DNA of 64,000 nucleotides from NCBI RefSeq assembly GCF_963921235.1, contig NC_086097.1:201626001-201690000 (forward strand). Reading direction: 5' to 3'. The DNA is from Mobula hypostoma (Eukaryota). Position numbers and translations under genes: made by a program. Shown here in pieces: positions 1-13,089 of the stretch (its first letter is position 1; every line of letters begins with the position of its first letter). The notes under the pieces were generated by a model, which saw only the letters and a list, made by a program, of their open reading frames with translations, was not told the origin of the DNA and searched no databases.

Positions 1-210
1 ATCACAGCAGGTCAAGCAGCATCTGTGGGAAGAAATGGGTGTCCATGTTTTGGGTCAAAACCCTGCAATCCTACTCTTAAAATATAGCAGATTTAGCAGA
101 ATATAGTATTCAGCAGATAGTACCATATTATGTTAACTCTGTTTCTCTTTCCACAGATTCTTGCATTTTCCATTTTTATTTTAAGTTTACAGTATCTGCA
201 GTCCTTTTGC
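1..210. repeat. Old, degenerate fold-back copy of the Penelope-terminal repeat
   Basis: cagcaggtcaagcagcatctgtgg...gttttgggtcaaaaccctg is followed by an inverted ttccacagat...tatctgcag, resembling the younger copies in this window. Confidence 0.5.
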
Positions 211-1083
211 TTTTTGACCTCTAACTAACTGCTTGCTAGGGTGATATTGGAATTACCAAATTAGTTGCATTCAGTAATGTGAATTAAATTATATTTTAAT
301 GCGTTGCCAAGCAGCATTTTATGGCTCAGTAAGAAGCAATGGTGTGTGTAGAGCATGGCAAGGTGCCAGCCACAGTGTCATTTCATGTAAGTGAATATGT
401 CAGATAAAACTCTACAGGAAATATAAAGAATCCTATAATTTGTATACGTTAGCAGATGGTTTCAGACTTGAAGGCATTTACTGAAAAGAAGAAATTACAG
501 GCTACATGCAAACCAAAATGCAGTCTTAGAGCTGGACTTCTTCCTTACTTCTAAACATTTTATGAAGATTTTCAGGAAAACCTTTGAGAATCACATACAT
601 TTCGACACGCTTGCACTTGGCCTTTGCGTATCAATCTCACTTGATTCTTTAAAGCAGGATTTATGTTAATGCAGCATGTTGAGGATCTGACACCTCAGCT
701 GTTCTTAGTCATTGCCTTGCTTGCAGATCACTCACTATATGTTGACCTCACATCTAAAGTATTCTCTACTGTGCATGGAATGCTGGTGGCTGCTGGTATC
801 AAATCGAATAAAAGGCTATCTTCACCAAATAATTTTATTCAGCAGCTGAGACCTGTCTTGTGGATACCTGAAAATGGAAAAGCACAAGATGTACTCATGG
901 TAAGGATAGTAGCCCATGCCTACATCACCCACCTCTTAAAAGATGAGACGAGATTGAGAGATGACAGGAAATTATTAAGAGGTGGACTAGATGTGTGCAA
1001 ATCATTAAGCACTGACTTCAGCAGCTGCAGTCTGCCAATGCAGGCAGTGACTGTATGATATTTTTCCTACAAAGAAGAGGGAA

Positions 1084-1427
1084 TGTGACAAGAGTTGTTG
1101 ACAAGGATGAATTGGACCCAAATGCTGGGATATCCAAAGCAAGGTTCGAGACACTGTTTTACACTGGATCTGAGCTCAAAACAAACACGAAGTGGTATCA
1201 TGAGTAGGCTTACCATTGAGCACTGAACCACAATTCAGGTGTTTCTGAAATTGAGCACTGAACCACAATTCAGGTGTTTCTGAAATACTCAGTTCTTGGC
1301 ACTCAAAACATGATTACCAATTAGTGGGACTATTCCAAACCCTTAAAGGGACTGTGTCAGTTATCCATTCTCCAGGGAGTTTAAGCATCTAAATCCCGGA
1401 AGCTGGCGCAGTTGGCATCTTATAACA
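1084..1427 (-). mobile_element. LTR of a Gypsy (chromovirus-like) retrotransposon
   Basis: The minus strand begins TGTTATA and ends TGTCACA. It lies directly 3' of an integrase/chromodomain relic and contains a 35-bp tandem duplication at 1215-1284. Confidence 0.6.
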
Positions 1428-1770
1428 CCCTACGGGTGACTCCTGATGGCCCTGGCTACTGGGAGAGGCGGTGATGGTAATCGTGGATGAAAGCTGGATC
1501 CGAGATGTCTCTTTCGCGCACCCAACACATTTTTCCTAATCCACGATATATTGCCAAACACCTTGAACATTACACGAGTCCAAAATTCTTTTCATCATGA
1601 AGACCTTTCCCCCCTTGACAAACTTGGACGATGGCAGGATGATGTTGGTGGGGCTAAGGAGATGGTGCAGACAGCTTTTAATTTAGATATGTGCAAGGTG
1701 GGATTGAATTTTAGGATCTTGGGGAGCTTCAAGGTATAAACATTTTCCAGAACTGTAAACAGGTCCAGGT
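1428..1770 (-). pseudogene. Degenerate Gypsy pol 3' end: integrase C-terminal module plus chromodomain
   Basis: My minus-strand translations give YTLKLPKILKFNPTLHISKLKAV and CWVRERDISDPAFIHDYHHR..PGPSG, resembling Sushi-type chromoviral integrase tails. Confidence 0.65.
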
Positions 1771-1774
1771 CTGG

Positions 1775-2320
1775 ATGAGAATGTGATGGGTATGATTAGT
1801 AAGGTTACAGATGATACAGTGGGACATGGATCAGATGGAAAGTTTTGTGGAGCAGTGACAGATGGAATTTAATCCAGACACGTGTGAGATAATGCATTTT
1901 AGGAAGTCAAATTCTATTAGGCCATATAGAGTACCTGTAAACGGCACGGACTTGGGAGGATATCCATCAGCTGATAAGTTGGGTAGAGCATAAAAATATA
2001 CCATGAGGGGAAGATAGATCACAAGAGAAGTTGCAGTTAGGCAAAGATGTCCAAAATCCTAGAGCAGGCATTTAAGATGAGCAGTAAAAGGTTTAGAGGG
2101 GATCTGAGAAAGCTTTTTTTTTCGTCCAGAGTGTATTTGCAATGCCTTTAAAGTGGTGGAGGCAGGCATTCTTATAATATTTAATAAGCATCTCACGAAC
2201 ATTTGAATCACTGTGACGTAGTAGGCTGTTGGTCAAGTGCCGATAACATAGAGAGATACTTGATGGTCACCTTGAACATAATGGACCAAAGGTCCTTTGT
2301 CTGTGCTCTATGACTCTAGG
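1775..2320 (+). mobile_element. Old CR1 LINE 3' fragment
   Basis: Degenerate KFADD-like and QMEFNPDKCE-like sequence, plus a CR1-type tail (gtgctctatgactcta). Confidence 0.6.
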
Positions 2321-3796
2321 ATTTCCATGACATGTCTTGTAAATCAGTAATCTTTTTGTGCTATTACCAGCACCTTCAAGGTGGATATGAACTAGATGTC
2401 CCCCAAATTTCCAAAGTCTTCATCTAGATCTTCAATAGGCTTCTAGTGCCAACTACGATCCCAGCTAAGTACTTAAATAACTAAACTTATTTGGATCAAT
2501 GTCCCAGTTGATAATATCAGACTGTCAAGTACACAATGAAAAATACCCTTTTAACAGAATCTTTGCTGGAATTCATCCTATTCAAATTTACCTAAATAAA
2601 TTGGACTTGTAGATCTGTCATCTCCATTTTGTTTGTGGTTTGCTGTGAAGTTTCACTTACAAAACCCATAAGAGATTTTTCAGGCAATTATCAGGCCATT
2701 TCTATACTGCTTTTGTTTTCTTCTTCCTTGTCATTGTGATTTCCAGAATCTTTTAAGATGATTATTCTTTCACTGCTTTCCCCATGTTAGTGTAATAAAG
2801 CCTCCTAGTATTTATCCAGGAGAATTTTCTGTATACTGTATTTGTGCCTTCGTTGCAGTGAAGTTATTTCTAGCTGCTAAAGAATTTTGTTCCCACTTTC
2901 CATTCCTACCCACCATTGTACTGCATGGTGTTGCTTACCTTCCTAAAATGTAAAGAGGTAACCACGGTACGCTCCATTCGGGCATCCTCCCATTCATTCT
3001 TCTATGCCTTTGTAAACATGTTCTGCTGTTTGCTTTCTCCTGATGTGCTTATTTAGTCTCCCTTAACATTTGTCCACACTCTGTGCCTCAACCACACCTT
3101 GTAGAAGTGAGTGCCATAATTTTTTTTTGTATTTCTGATTTCCTTCTTACCCTGATGGGTCTCCAGTTTTGCTGCAGTATGCAAATGGAAAGATGAGGGA
3201 TTTGAATGAAGGATGATTTGTAACAACGGTGATCCATCAACTAATCTGAATGTGAAGCCCCATTTATTTTTACCTTTTACCTTGTTAATGATACCTTTTA
3301 TACAGCCAAAACATGTATGCTGACCCTTACATCAAATTTCAGAGTTAGAATTGCATATGCTTCAGTGTCAGAGGTCTGCTTGTGATAGAGTTATGCAGCA
3401 TGCTCTTAACTGACCTGCAGACACTGCTTAATGGGCACAGTACTCAGTAGCTGTCAACATCACCATGGCTTTTAACTTTATGAACTCAGATAACTTTGAG
3501 CTGTATAGGCTAATCAGCTGTCCATACATGTATAAAAATTATTGACAGATGCCTTACTTGGTACAGAATAAATATTTTGGCTGCAAAATTTAGCTCCTGC
3601 TTTATGAGGATTTTATAATGCCCTTATATCTTTGAAGTGTCTCTAGTACACACATTTACTGAGTCAAACCTCACCAGATGCCTCAAGTAACTCACCTGTT
3701 TTTCTTTCAATCTGGCCTTCTGCTCGACAGCTGTGGCAGGGTTTGAATACCATAACCTCCTACAAAGTTAAATCTTGTAACCCAGGGAACAGCAGA

Positions 3797-5420
3797 GCTT
3801 CACTTCCAGATGCTCTTCACTTCCTTCTATGCTCGCTTTGATCACCAGAACAGGGAGGAGCCATCGCGCACCCCAGTGTCTCCCAATGATCCTTTGGTCT
3901 CAGTGCCTGAAGATGATGAGCGGGCTGCCTTCAAGGGAGTGAGTTTAAGGAAAGCATCCTGTACAGCTGGAATACCTGGCCGAGTACGGAAAACCCTATG
4001 CTGACCAAATGGCTGGTGTATTCATGGACATCTCTTGCACCGGCAGTGTGTATCGCCCACCTGCTTCAAGCACGCTTCCATCATAGCGGTGCCCAAGAAA
4101 AGCATAGTAATCTGTCTAAATGACTATCACCCAGTTGCACTTACATCCACAATGATGAAGTGTTTTGAGAGGCTAGCGTACCAACTCCTGTCTGAGTGGT
4201 GACTTGGATCCACTTCAGTTTGCCTAGTGAAACAACAGGTCGACAGCAGATGCTTTGTTGTTGGCTGTTCGCGCAACCCTGGAACTTCTGGACAGCAAAG
4301 ATACATACATCAGGATGCTCTTTATCGATTACAGCTCACCATAATGCCATCATCCCCTCAAAACTAATCAGTAAACTTCAAGACCTAGGCCTCAATACCA
4401 CCTTGTGCAAATGGATCCTGGATTTCCTCTCTTGTAGACTCCAGTCAGTTCAGATTGGCAAAACACTTCCTCTGGAACCTCCATCAGCACAGGAGCATCG
4501 CAGAGCTGTGTACTTGGCCCCCTGCTCTACTCACTTTTCATCTATGACGGTGTGGCTAAGTACAGTTCCAATACCATATACTGTACAAGTTTGCTGATGG
4601 CAGCAGTATTGTGAGCTTTATCAAAGGAGGCAATGAATCAGACTGAAAATTTGGCTGAGTGGTGTAATAACAACAACCTCTCTCACTCAATGTCAGTAAG
4701 TCCAAGGAACAGATAGTAGACTTCAGGAGAGGGAAACCAGAACACCATGAGCTAATAATCATTAGAGGATCAGGCATGGAGAGGGTCAGTAACTTTAAAT
4801 CCCTGGATGTCACCATCTCAGAGGAGCTGTCCTCGACCCATCGTATAAGTATAATTGTGAAGAAAGCACAACAACACTTCTGCTTCCTCAGGAGTCTGCA
4901 GAGATTTGGCATGTTATCAAAAACCTTGCCAAACTTGTACTGACTGGCTGCATTCAGCCAAGTATGGGAACATCAATGCCTTTGAGCAGAAAATCCTACA
5001 AAAGGTAATGGATTCGGCCCACTACATCACAGATAAAACCCTCCCAACCATTGAACACATCTACATGAACCATTGTCATCAAAGGTCCTCACCACCCAGG
5101 CCATGCTCTTTTCTCACTGCTGCCATCAGGTGGAAGGTACAGGTGCCTCAGAACTTGCAACACCAGATTCTAGAACAGTTATGACACCTCAGCTATCGGG
5201 GTCTTGAACAAAATAAGAGGATAACTACACTTATTTAAGGACTCTTTTATCTTATTGTTTCATGCTCATTATTTATTGCTATTTATTTATATCTGCATTT
5301 GCACAGTTTGTTGTTCATTGATCCTGTTTGCAGTTACTGTTCTATAGATTTGCTAAGTATGCCTGCTGAAAAAAAATCTCAGGGTTTTGTGTGGTGACAT
5401 GTTTGTACTCAGATAATACT
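3797..5420 (+). mobile_element. Rex1/Babar-clade LINE, 5'-truncated and degenerate
   Basis: Frameshifted RT pieces (LNTTLCKWILDFL, LQKVMDSAHYIT) and a 3' tail aatctcagggttttgtgtggtgacat shared with other copies. Confidence 0.8.
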
Positions 5421-6214
5421 CTTTGTCTGTGCCCACACTGATCTTGGAGTCCTTGGTCTCCACTACTGTCCCTATCCTCTTACTCTAATGAAATACAGTG
5501 GAAGTTTAGTGAATTGCAGCTTATTATTGTTCAATTTGGCATTCAACAGCTTCTTGGACCTTACACCGAATTTCAGATCACAAACACCTGTCCTATTTTG
5601 GTTTAGTAACAGCTCATAATAATCACTCTGTTACCGTCATTTATAAGCCCCTCTTTTGCTTCTTTATTTGTCCAGTAACTATCCATTATCCAATCATTGA
5701 CTCTTTTCTTCATTTTTTCTCTCCTGCCTACTATTAGAATACAGGCATTTTTTTCTTCTTGACAGGAATGGTAGAAGTCACAGTACCTTGGCCATGAAAA
5801 CACCTATTGTAGTGAAATAAATTTCTGATTAACATCCCCTAGCTTTGCTTAAATCTTTTTTAGGAGAACTTTCTGTCTCCACAGTTACTGATTGGTCCAA
5901 CATTTTTGTTAATCCCAGCTTTTCAGTATTGTATTTTACTTGAATTAATAGTGTAGTCCGATAAGGATTGTGCAGAATCTTTTCCTTTTGTCGATCATGA
6001 TTCAATGTCCCCCATTGGACTAGATTATATATTCTTTAACATCTGGAGCCCACAAAATGTTGACCTGGGAGTAAAATTGGTATCAATGAGTTAAAACTGT
6101 ACTCAATTAGGATTCCCAAGAATTACAGTAGGATTCCATAAAATTTGAGTATTTTGAGAAGCATTCATTACTTACAGAACATTAACAAATCTCAATTCCA
6201 AACTCTGAACATTT

Positions 6215-6974
6215 AAATTCAAAGGTTTATTTATTATCAAAGTATGTATCCATATACATTTCTGAGATTCATCTTCTCCAGATAGCCACAAAACAAAAAA
6301 TGAACATGAAAGTCATTCAGAGAGAAACATCAAACCCACTCATCACAGGGGGAGAAAAAAAGGCATCCTAATCAGCAATCCCCGAACACCCCTCACCCCG
6401 CACAAATCACAGCAAGAACATTGACTCCTAATCCCCCCTTGCACAAAAAACTTAACAGAATGCACAAGAACATCAACCCCCAAACCCCCTCCCCTCACAC
6501 AACAAAATAGAAAGGAACAGGTGAAAACACAGAATATAAAACTATATGTTTGAAAAAAATTCCAGTCTATAATGTAGAACCACTGTAACATCGTCTTCAT
6601 CATCGAAAGAAAGAGAGACACCACATGTGCACAGAGGCCTAACTCCTGTCACAACGAATCACACAGTGGTAGGTGGCTCACAGACTCCTTCTCCGGCAGT
6701 GATCAAAAGGCAGCAGTCGACACTGAACTCTCCTCTGCCTTTCACATTCGCTTTGATGCCATCTGTGTATGCACTCGCTTCCCAGAATCACCTTGAAGGC
6801 AGTGAAGTGCTGGATCACTCAATCTATCTCCAGACTGTAAATCACAGACTCTAATAGTTCCAGAAACACATTTAAGATGAAAAACAGATGTAATAGAAGT
6901 AAAATAGACATTTTCATGGGCTATCTGGAAGATGTTGACTGAGGGAGTGCTGTACGCTGGTGCCATCTTGACCA
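6215..6974 (-). mobile_element. Non-coding bipartite retroposon with a LINE-like 5' end and Rex1-type 3' tail
   Basis: The minus strand starts ggtcaagatggcacc and ends gaatctcag...tactttgataataaataaacctttgaa, resembling the Rex1 tails at 20538-20612 and 31335-31405. No coding domain is present. Confidence 0.55.
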
Positions 6975-9900
6975 GACCTTTGTTTCCTTTATTGCACATT
7001 TTGATACAACAATTGTTCCATTAAATAAATTAATAAATCCAGATCGCTAAATAAACACTACCTAATTTACTAATGGCAATTACTTTATGGAAGAATAGAA
7101 AATGAAAATAATGCCTATTTATTAATATATTCAGTACTAGGCAATCTAATTGTAGTGTTGATTTCACAATAATCATAATTTGTTTGCCAAAGAACTTTGA
7201 GCCTTTTCAAATAACTGAAAATCTAAATAAAAATGAGCAGAGAGAAGTGGAAATAACATTTAAAGTCAAATATCAGACTCATAATCAATTTGAACATTTA
7301 ATTGTGGGTTTTGTACTTTTGATTAGAAGCATTAGCAGTAGCATATTTGTTTAACATCAACAAAAATCATTTGCTATCAAGAGTAGATTCTGTTTTGTAG
7401 GGAATGGACCTGTGGTCCACTATGCCTAGGAGGAGATGGCTGGCCACATTTTCTGCCTGGTAGTAAATTTTGTAGCCTGGGGAAAAGTACACACTCAGGG
7501 CAACAAATAGTTTTTCGGGTTTTAATTCCTTTATCTGTTTTAGATGTTTAAGTGCCAGAAGAGGGTTGCAAAATAACACGAACGAATTTACAACCAGTTC
7601 TTGCCATTACAATCTCAGTTTAACTTTCGATTCACACCCTTGTGTAAGGACAGAATTGCATATGCAGTATAAAAATACCAGAACTAATACGGTAGTGGCA
7701 ATCCTGAAGGAAAACAATACAAACAACACCAGAATCCCACCCACCCTGCATTCTATACATAACAGCAAAAAATGTAAGCCAATACATCTCATCTAAGACG
7801 TACACACGTGTTGAACTTCTGAACCAGAGACTAAACATGCACGTTACGCAGTTGCATGCACAATCAGTCCTGGCACAATAAAGTTAGACAAAAGGTACAC
7901 TTTCGCACAACTTTTACAAGGTCTTGCCTGGTAGTTAAATTACCAGAAGACTGACCTACTTGGATGTTGAGGAACTTTGTTTAAGCCACGCTACTCAGTG
8001 TCAATTTCTTCACTCATGAAAATCTAAAGCATCCACGTGTAAAACATGTCAAATTACCGATATTCTCGATCCGCCAACAAGCATAAACGAATTCACATGG
8101 ATGTTGGCAATTAATGCTCACCTTTCCTCACCATGCCCAGCACAGTCTGGGAGGAACCCGATTCTAACGCCCCAACAGTGTCTTCAGCAGAAAACAAAAT
8201 GGTCTCCCCACTATCCCGCACATGCATAATGACATCCCCGTCTCCCTTAAAGGCACAGACAACTATTCTAGCTTTACCCAGATGGATGCCTAAGTACACT
8301 TTTAATGATACTGAACAAGATCCGACGGTCATTTGATCTTGTAGTAGTCTTGAACATAGGCCTGTCTCTAGCTTGCTTTTGAGAAGAGCTGCAGAGGAAA
8401 TCAATACACAAGTGGTATCATAAGGCAGATGTTGGAGCCTTTAGACTGTTGTTGAAAAGTCCGAAGTGCAGTTTCTCTGCAGCAGCTTTTCATACTACCT
8501 GTGTTCCTCAGAAGTCCGCCTCACCTTGACAAACCTCCCTTCATGATAGCACCTGGCATGTAATACAAATGATACGTCTACCAATTTCGCCAATCTATAT
8601 TCCTCTAAATTCTACTGCTATTCATTACTTTCCTGACTTTTGTATCATCCACAAATTGTGAGATTGTCACCTGTGTAACCAGCATCACACGTCACTAGGC
8701 CTTTCCTCTAGATTGCCATTCCTTATTGCCTCTAATAATAATTCTGGAATTTTCTACCCAACAATATTATGGAATATCCTCATAAAGTGTTCTACAGTAA
8801 TTTGTGAGGACCATTCACCTTCAAAGTTTCAACGGCTGCCAAGACAATGCAGTATAGGCTGCCTAACAAATAATGAAGAATACGATGTAGCTCTTACAAT
8901 ATTTCATAAAGGAGCCACAGTTTAAGTGGAAGCAAATGTTAAATTATGACTAAGCTTGATTGAAGTGTGGTGCCTGGTTCTTTTTAAACCTTGAATTGCA
9001 AGCAAAGCAAGCAGGAAAATGTCGGTGGCAGCACTTGGGCTCAGGAGTCCAAAAGTGCTGGAAACCCGGGGTTGAGGGGGCGGTGCTTAGGTTTCATATG
9101 GTACCAGTATCCCAAGGTTCAGAGTTAAAGTGGCATTGGGGTGTTGACTTGAAATTTAGCCAGAAATTTATTCATGATGTCCAAGCCCCAATTGCCTGAA
9201 ATGCACTACCTTTCATTGTCCAAGTTGAAGACAGCTCAGAGTACAGGAGTGAAAATTTATTGAGGACCACATTTTAACCCTCACAATTTGCCCTTCACTC
9301 CTCCCCAGAGTAAAGATTAACCCTTAAGATACATAAAGCTTGCACTATTTTAAAATATTTTTTTCCAAATGAGCATGCACCAAGTGACTGATTGTATACC
9401 ACTACTATGATAATGTTTTTGGTTTAGCAGACTCAAAAGGATTCCTTTGTACTTTCAAATAGGTTTCAGCAAGCTAATGATTACTTCAACTACAACCATC
9501 ATAACATGCTTACCAAGTTGGTTGCTATGCAGTCTTATAAAAATCATGTCCCCTGCATCCTACAATGCTCAGGCTACTGCTGTGATGAAGTTAGCCTGAA
9601 GCCATGACAGCTTGATGGTGGGGAATGTGGAATACATTCTAACATCAATGCAGGATGATGTGAAATATATATTTGGGAGAGCATGTGATAACAAAAGTAA
9701 TTTTTATTCGTTTCACGTGTCAGTAATTTTACTGAGTTATTGGTAGCATCAAGTCTACGGATAGAACTATCTGTAGGTTCTGTCACATTTAGTTTACATT
9801 TTGATTTAATAGATAAGATTAAAAACAATAAAATTTTAAAAACAAAAACAAAAATCACAAACATTAGACACATGATATATAAACAGACAGCGTTAGCTGA

Positions 9901-10797
9901 ACCCAGTAAATCAGTCAATATCCATGGAGAAAACAAATGAACCAACAACATATTATCTGTGGAATTATAGGAGCCAAAACACTTGACCACTGTTACACCA
10001 CCATCAAGAACGCCTACTGTGCCATCCCATGCCCACACTTTGGAAGGTCTGATCACCTGCCTATACTTCTTCTCCCAGCATGCAGGCAGAGACTAAAGGC
10101 TGCAGCATTACTGGTGAGAGCCAAGAAGGTATGGTCAAGGGAGGCAGAGGAGTGCTTACAGGACTGCTTTCAGTCAGTGGACTGAACAGTATTCAGGGAT
10201 TCATCTTTGAATCTAAAGGAATACGCCACAGTTGTCACTGATTCATTAAGACCTATGTGGATGAGTATGTTCCTTTGAGAATTTACTGGACAGACCCAAA
10301 TCAAAAGCTGTGGATGCAGAGTGCTAGATCTATGCCATTCAAGACCAGTGATCCTAAATTATACAAGAAGTCCAGGTAGGATCTACAGACAGCTATTTTA
10401 AGAACAAGAAAACAATTCCAATTGAGTTTAGAGGCAGAATTGGATGCATGTCAGCTCTGGCAGAGGTTGCAGACCATTTCTTCTTACAAGGTGAAACCTA
10501 ACAACATGTATACTTGTGATTCTTCACTCCCAGATGAGCTCAATGTTTTTGAAAGGGAGAGTCACAGTGCACCTGTGCAAATCCCTGCAGTATCTAGTGA
10601 CTCTGTGAATTCTGTCTTGGAGACCGACATCAGAACATCTTTCAAGAACCCTTGTAAGGTGTCATGCTGTGATGGTGTATCTAGTGGGGCTCTTAAAAAC
10701 CTTGTCAACCAACTGCCGGAAGTGTTCAAGGATATCTTCAATCTCTCACTGATGCAGTTGGAGCTTCCCACCTGCTTCAAAAGGGTGACAATCATAC

Positions 10798-11404
10798 TGT
10801 AGTATTTACTTCAAAACAAACCGAAACTGCTGTGACTAAGGCAGGAGATCAACATTGTATGATGCGCTTCAAGATAAATGAAGTTCCAGCAACGACGAAC
10901 AATCTTGTCGCAATAAAAAAACTAATTTAACTAAATTAGTGATATAGCATTCAAATTAGTGAAGTAACGGAGTTAGCACTCAAACTAAGGTATTTAAGCA
11001 AGGTTAGCAATCTAATTAGAGTTCCAATATCGTCCCAATTATCATAACTAAGTGGTGGAGCTAAATTAGTGAAATAACAAAGTTAGCAGTCAAACTAACG
11101 TATTTAAACAAGGTTAGCGATGTAATTAGAGTTCCAATAACATCCCAATGATCATAACTAAGTGGTAGAGCTGAATTAGCAAATAACAAAGTTAGTAGTC
11201 AACAAAAAAAATCATCCCGTGGCTTACCTCCCCTCAACTAGACTGAACTAAGCAACTCAGTGTGAATATGAACTGTACTCATTTGCTTCGACCACACCCC
11301 AATCCAGATGACAGATGACCATAATAAATGTGCCATAAAATGCATTCCAGACAAAAATAGATACATGGCTCCAACAAACAGAAAATAAATATGTGGCTCC
11401 TACA
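10798..11404. mobile_element. Solo LTR (607 bp; 5-bp TSD, BEL/Pao- or Gypsy-like) with an internal 110-bp tandem repeat
   Basis: Termini TGTAG...CTACA. TSD catac at 10793-10797 and 11405-11409. The host Rex1 sequence resumes across it. Confidence 0.8.
10953..11203 (+). repeat. About 2.3 copies of a 110-bp tandem unit inside the solo LTR
   Basis: aaattagtgaa..aac..agttagca recurs at about 10953, 11063 and 11173. Confidence 0.85.
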
Positions 11405-13089
11405 CATACCACTGCCAAAGAGTAAGGTGAGCTCCATCAACGACTCCTGCCCAGTGGCGCTCTCATCCGCTGTGAAGTGCTTTAAGAGTTTGGTCATGGC
11501 TAGAATCACCTCCTGCCTAAAAATGACCTGGACTCACTTCAATCTGTCTTATCACCACAGTGTGTCTACAGTGGATGCAATCTCACTGGCTCTTCTGGCC
11601 CTGCATCACCTGGACAATAGTAATACCTATGTTAGGCTGGTGCTTATTGATTACAACTCAGCTTTCAACACAATCATACTCTTAGTTCTAATCAACAAGT
11701 TCTGTATGACCCTCTGCATCTGGATCCTTAACTTCCACACTGGGAGTTCACTGTCAGTGCAGATCAGAAATAACATTTTCTTCTCAGTGACAATCGACAC
11801 TGACGCATGCTTGGCCCACCATTCTACTCTCTCTACACCCGTCACCATGTGGCTAATCACATCAATTATAAGTTTGCCATTCACAGAACTATTGGTTGGC
11901 AGAATTCCAGATGGTAACAGGAAGGAGTGAGATAGATCAGCTGGTTGAGTGGTGTCACAGCAACAACCTTGTATTCAACATCAGTAAGACCAAGGATTTG
12001 ATTGTGGACTTAAAGAAGGGGAAGTTGAGGGAATACATATCAGTCCTCATCAAGCGATCAACAATGGAAAGGGTGAGCAATTTCAAGTTCCTGGATGTTA
12101 ACATCTCTGAAGGTCTATCCTGGGCTGAATATATTGATGTAATTGCAAAGAAGGCACGAGAGCAGCTATATTTCTTTAGGAGTTTGAAGAGACTTGCTGT
12201 GTTACCGAAGACACTCACAAATTTCTACAGATGTACCATGGAGAGTATTCTAACTGTTCGTATCACCGTCTGATATGGAGGACCCATTGTACAAGATCAG
12301 AAAAAGCTGCAGAAAGTTGTAATTTTTTTTATTATATATCATATTGTACTGGTGCCACTAAACAACAAATTTCATGATATATGTCAGTAATATTAAATCT
12401 CATTCTAATCTTGGGTGCAGATCCCATAATGTGCCATCCTACTGGCAAGACTGGCTTCTGTTCTTGGCTTTTCATGCAGTTTCATTTTCAAAATAAGTGT
12501 TGAAATTGTTTCATGTGGTTTAACATTTTGTGTGATATGTTGAGTGTTTTAATCTAAATATTGATGAATAAGTACAAAGTTGCTGGGTTTACATCTAATA
12601 GAATCATCATCATGTGCCATAGGCAATTATGGTCTCATGATCATGATTACTCTTGGCAATTTTTTCTACAGAAGCAGTTTGCCGTAGTGTCTTTACAAGA
12701 TCAGTGGCCCCAGCCATTATTATCACTCTTCAGAGATCATCTTCCTGGTGTCTGTGGTCACATACATTAGATTTAGAACAGTACTACCCTTCAACCATCA
12801 GACTCTTGAACAAACAGGGTAACTTCACTTGCTCCATCAGTAAAATGATTCCTCCAACCAATGGACTCACTTTCAAGGACTTTTCATCTCATGTTCTCGA
12901 TATTTATTACTTATTTATTAATATTATCGGTGGTTCTTTGTGCATTTGGACGGATTGTTGACTTCTGCACTCTGGTTGAAAGCCCAAGTTTAGTGGTTAT
13001 TCATTGATTTTGTTATCGTTGCTTTTCTATAGATTTGTTGAGTATGCCCACAAGAAAATGATTCTCAGGGTTGTATATGGTGACATATA

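Larger units (their letters stand above)
9935..12410 (+). mobile_element. Rex1/Babar-clade LINE (APE C-terminus + RT), degenerate, split by a solo LTR
   Basis: ORF fragments TLDHCYTTIKNAY..HFGRSDH, LPDELN, IDYNSAFNTI and KKAREQLYFFRSL. Confidence 0.85.

Noticed and set aside
663..1058. 131-aa ORF
   Set aside because: No recognisable domain or splice context, and it lies in a presumed intron. It is likely chance or decayed repeat.
1215..1284. 35-bp direct repeat, CRISPR-like in length
   Set aside because: There are only two adjacent copies with no spacer, inside a eukaryotic LTR. It is a simple tandem duplication.
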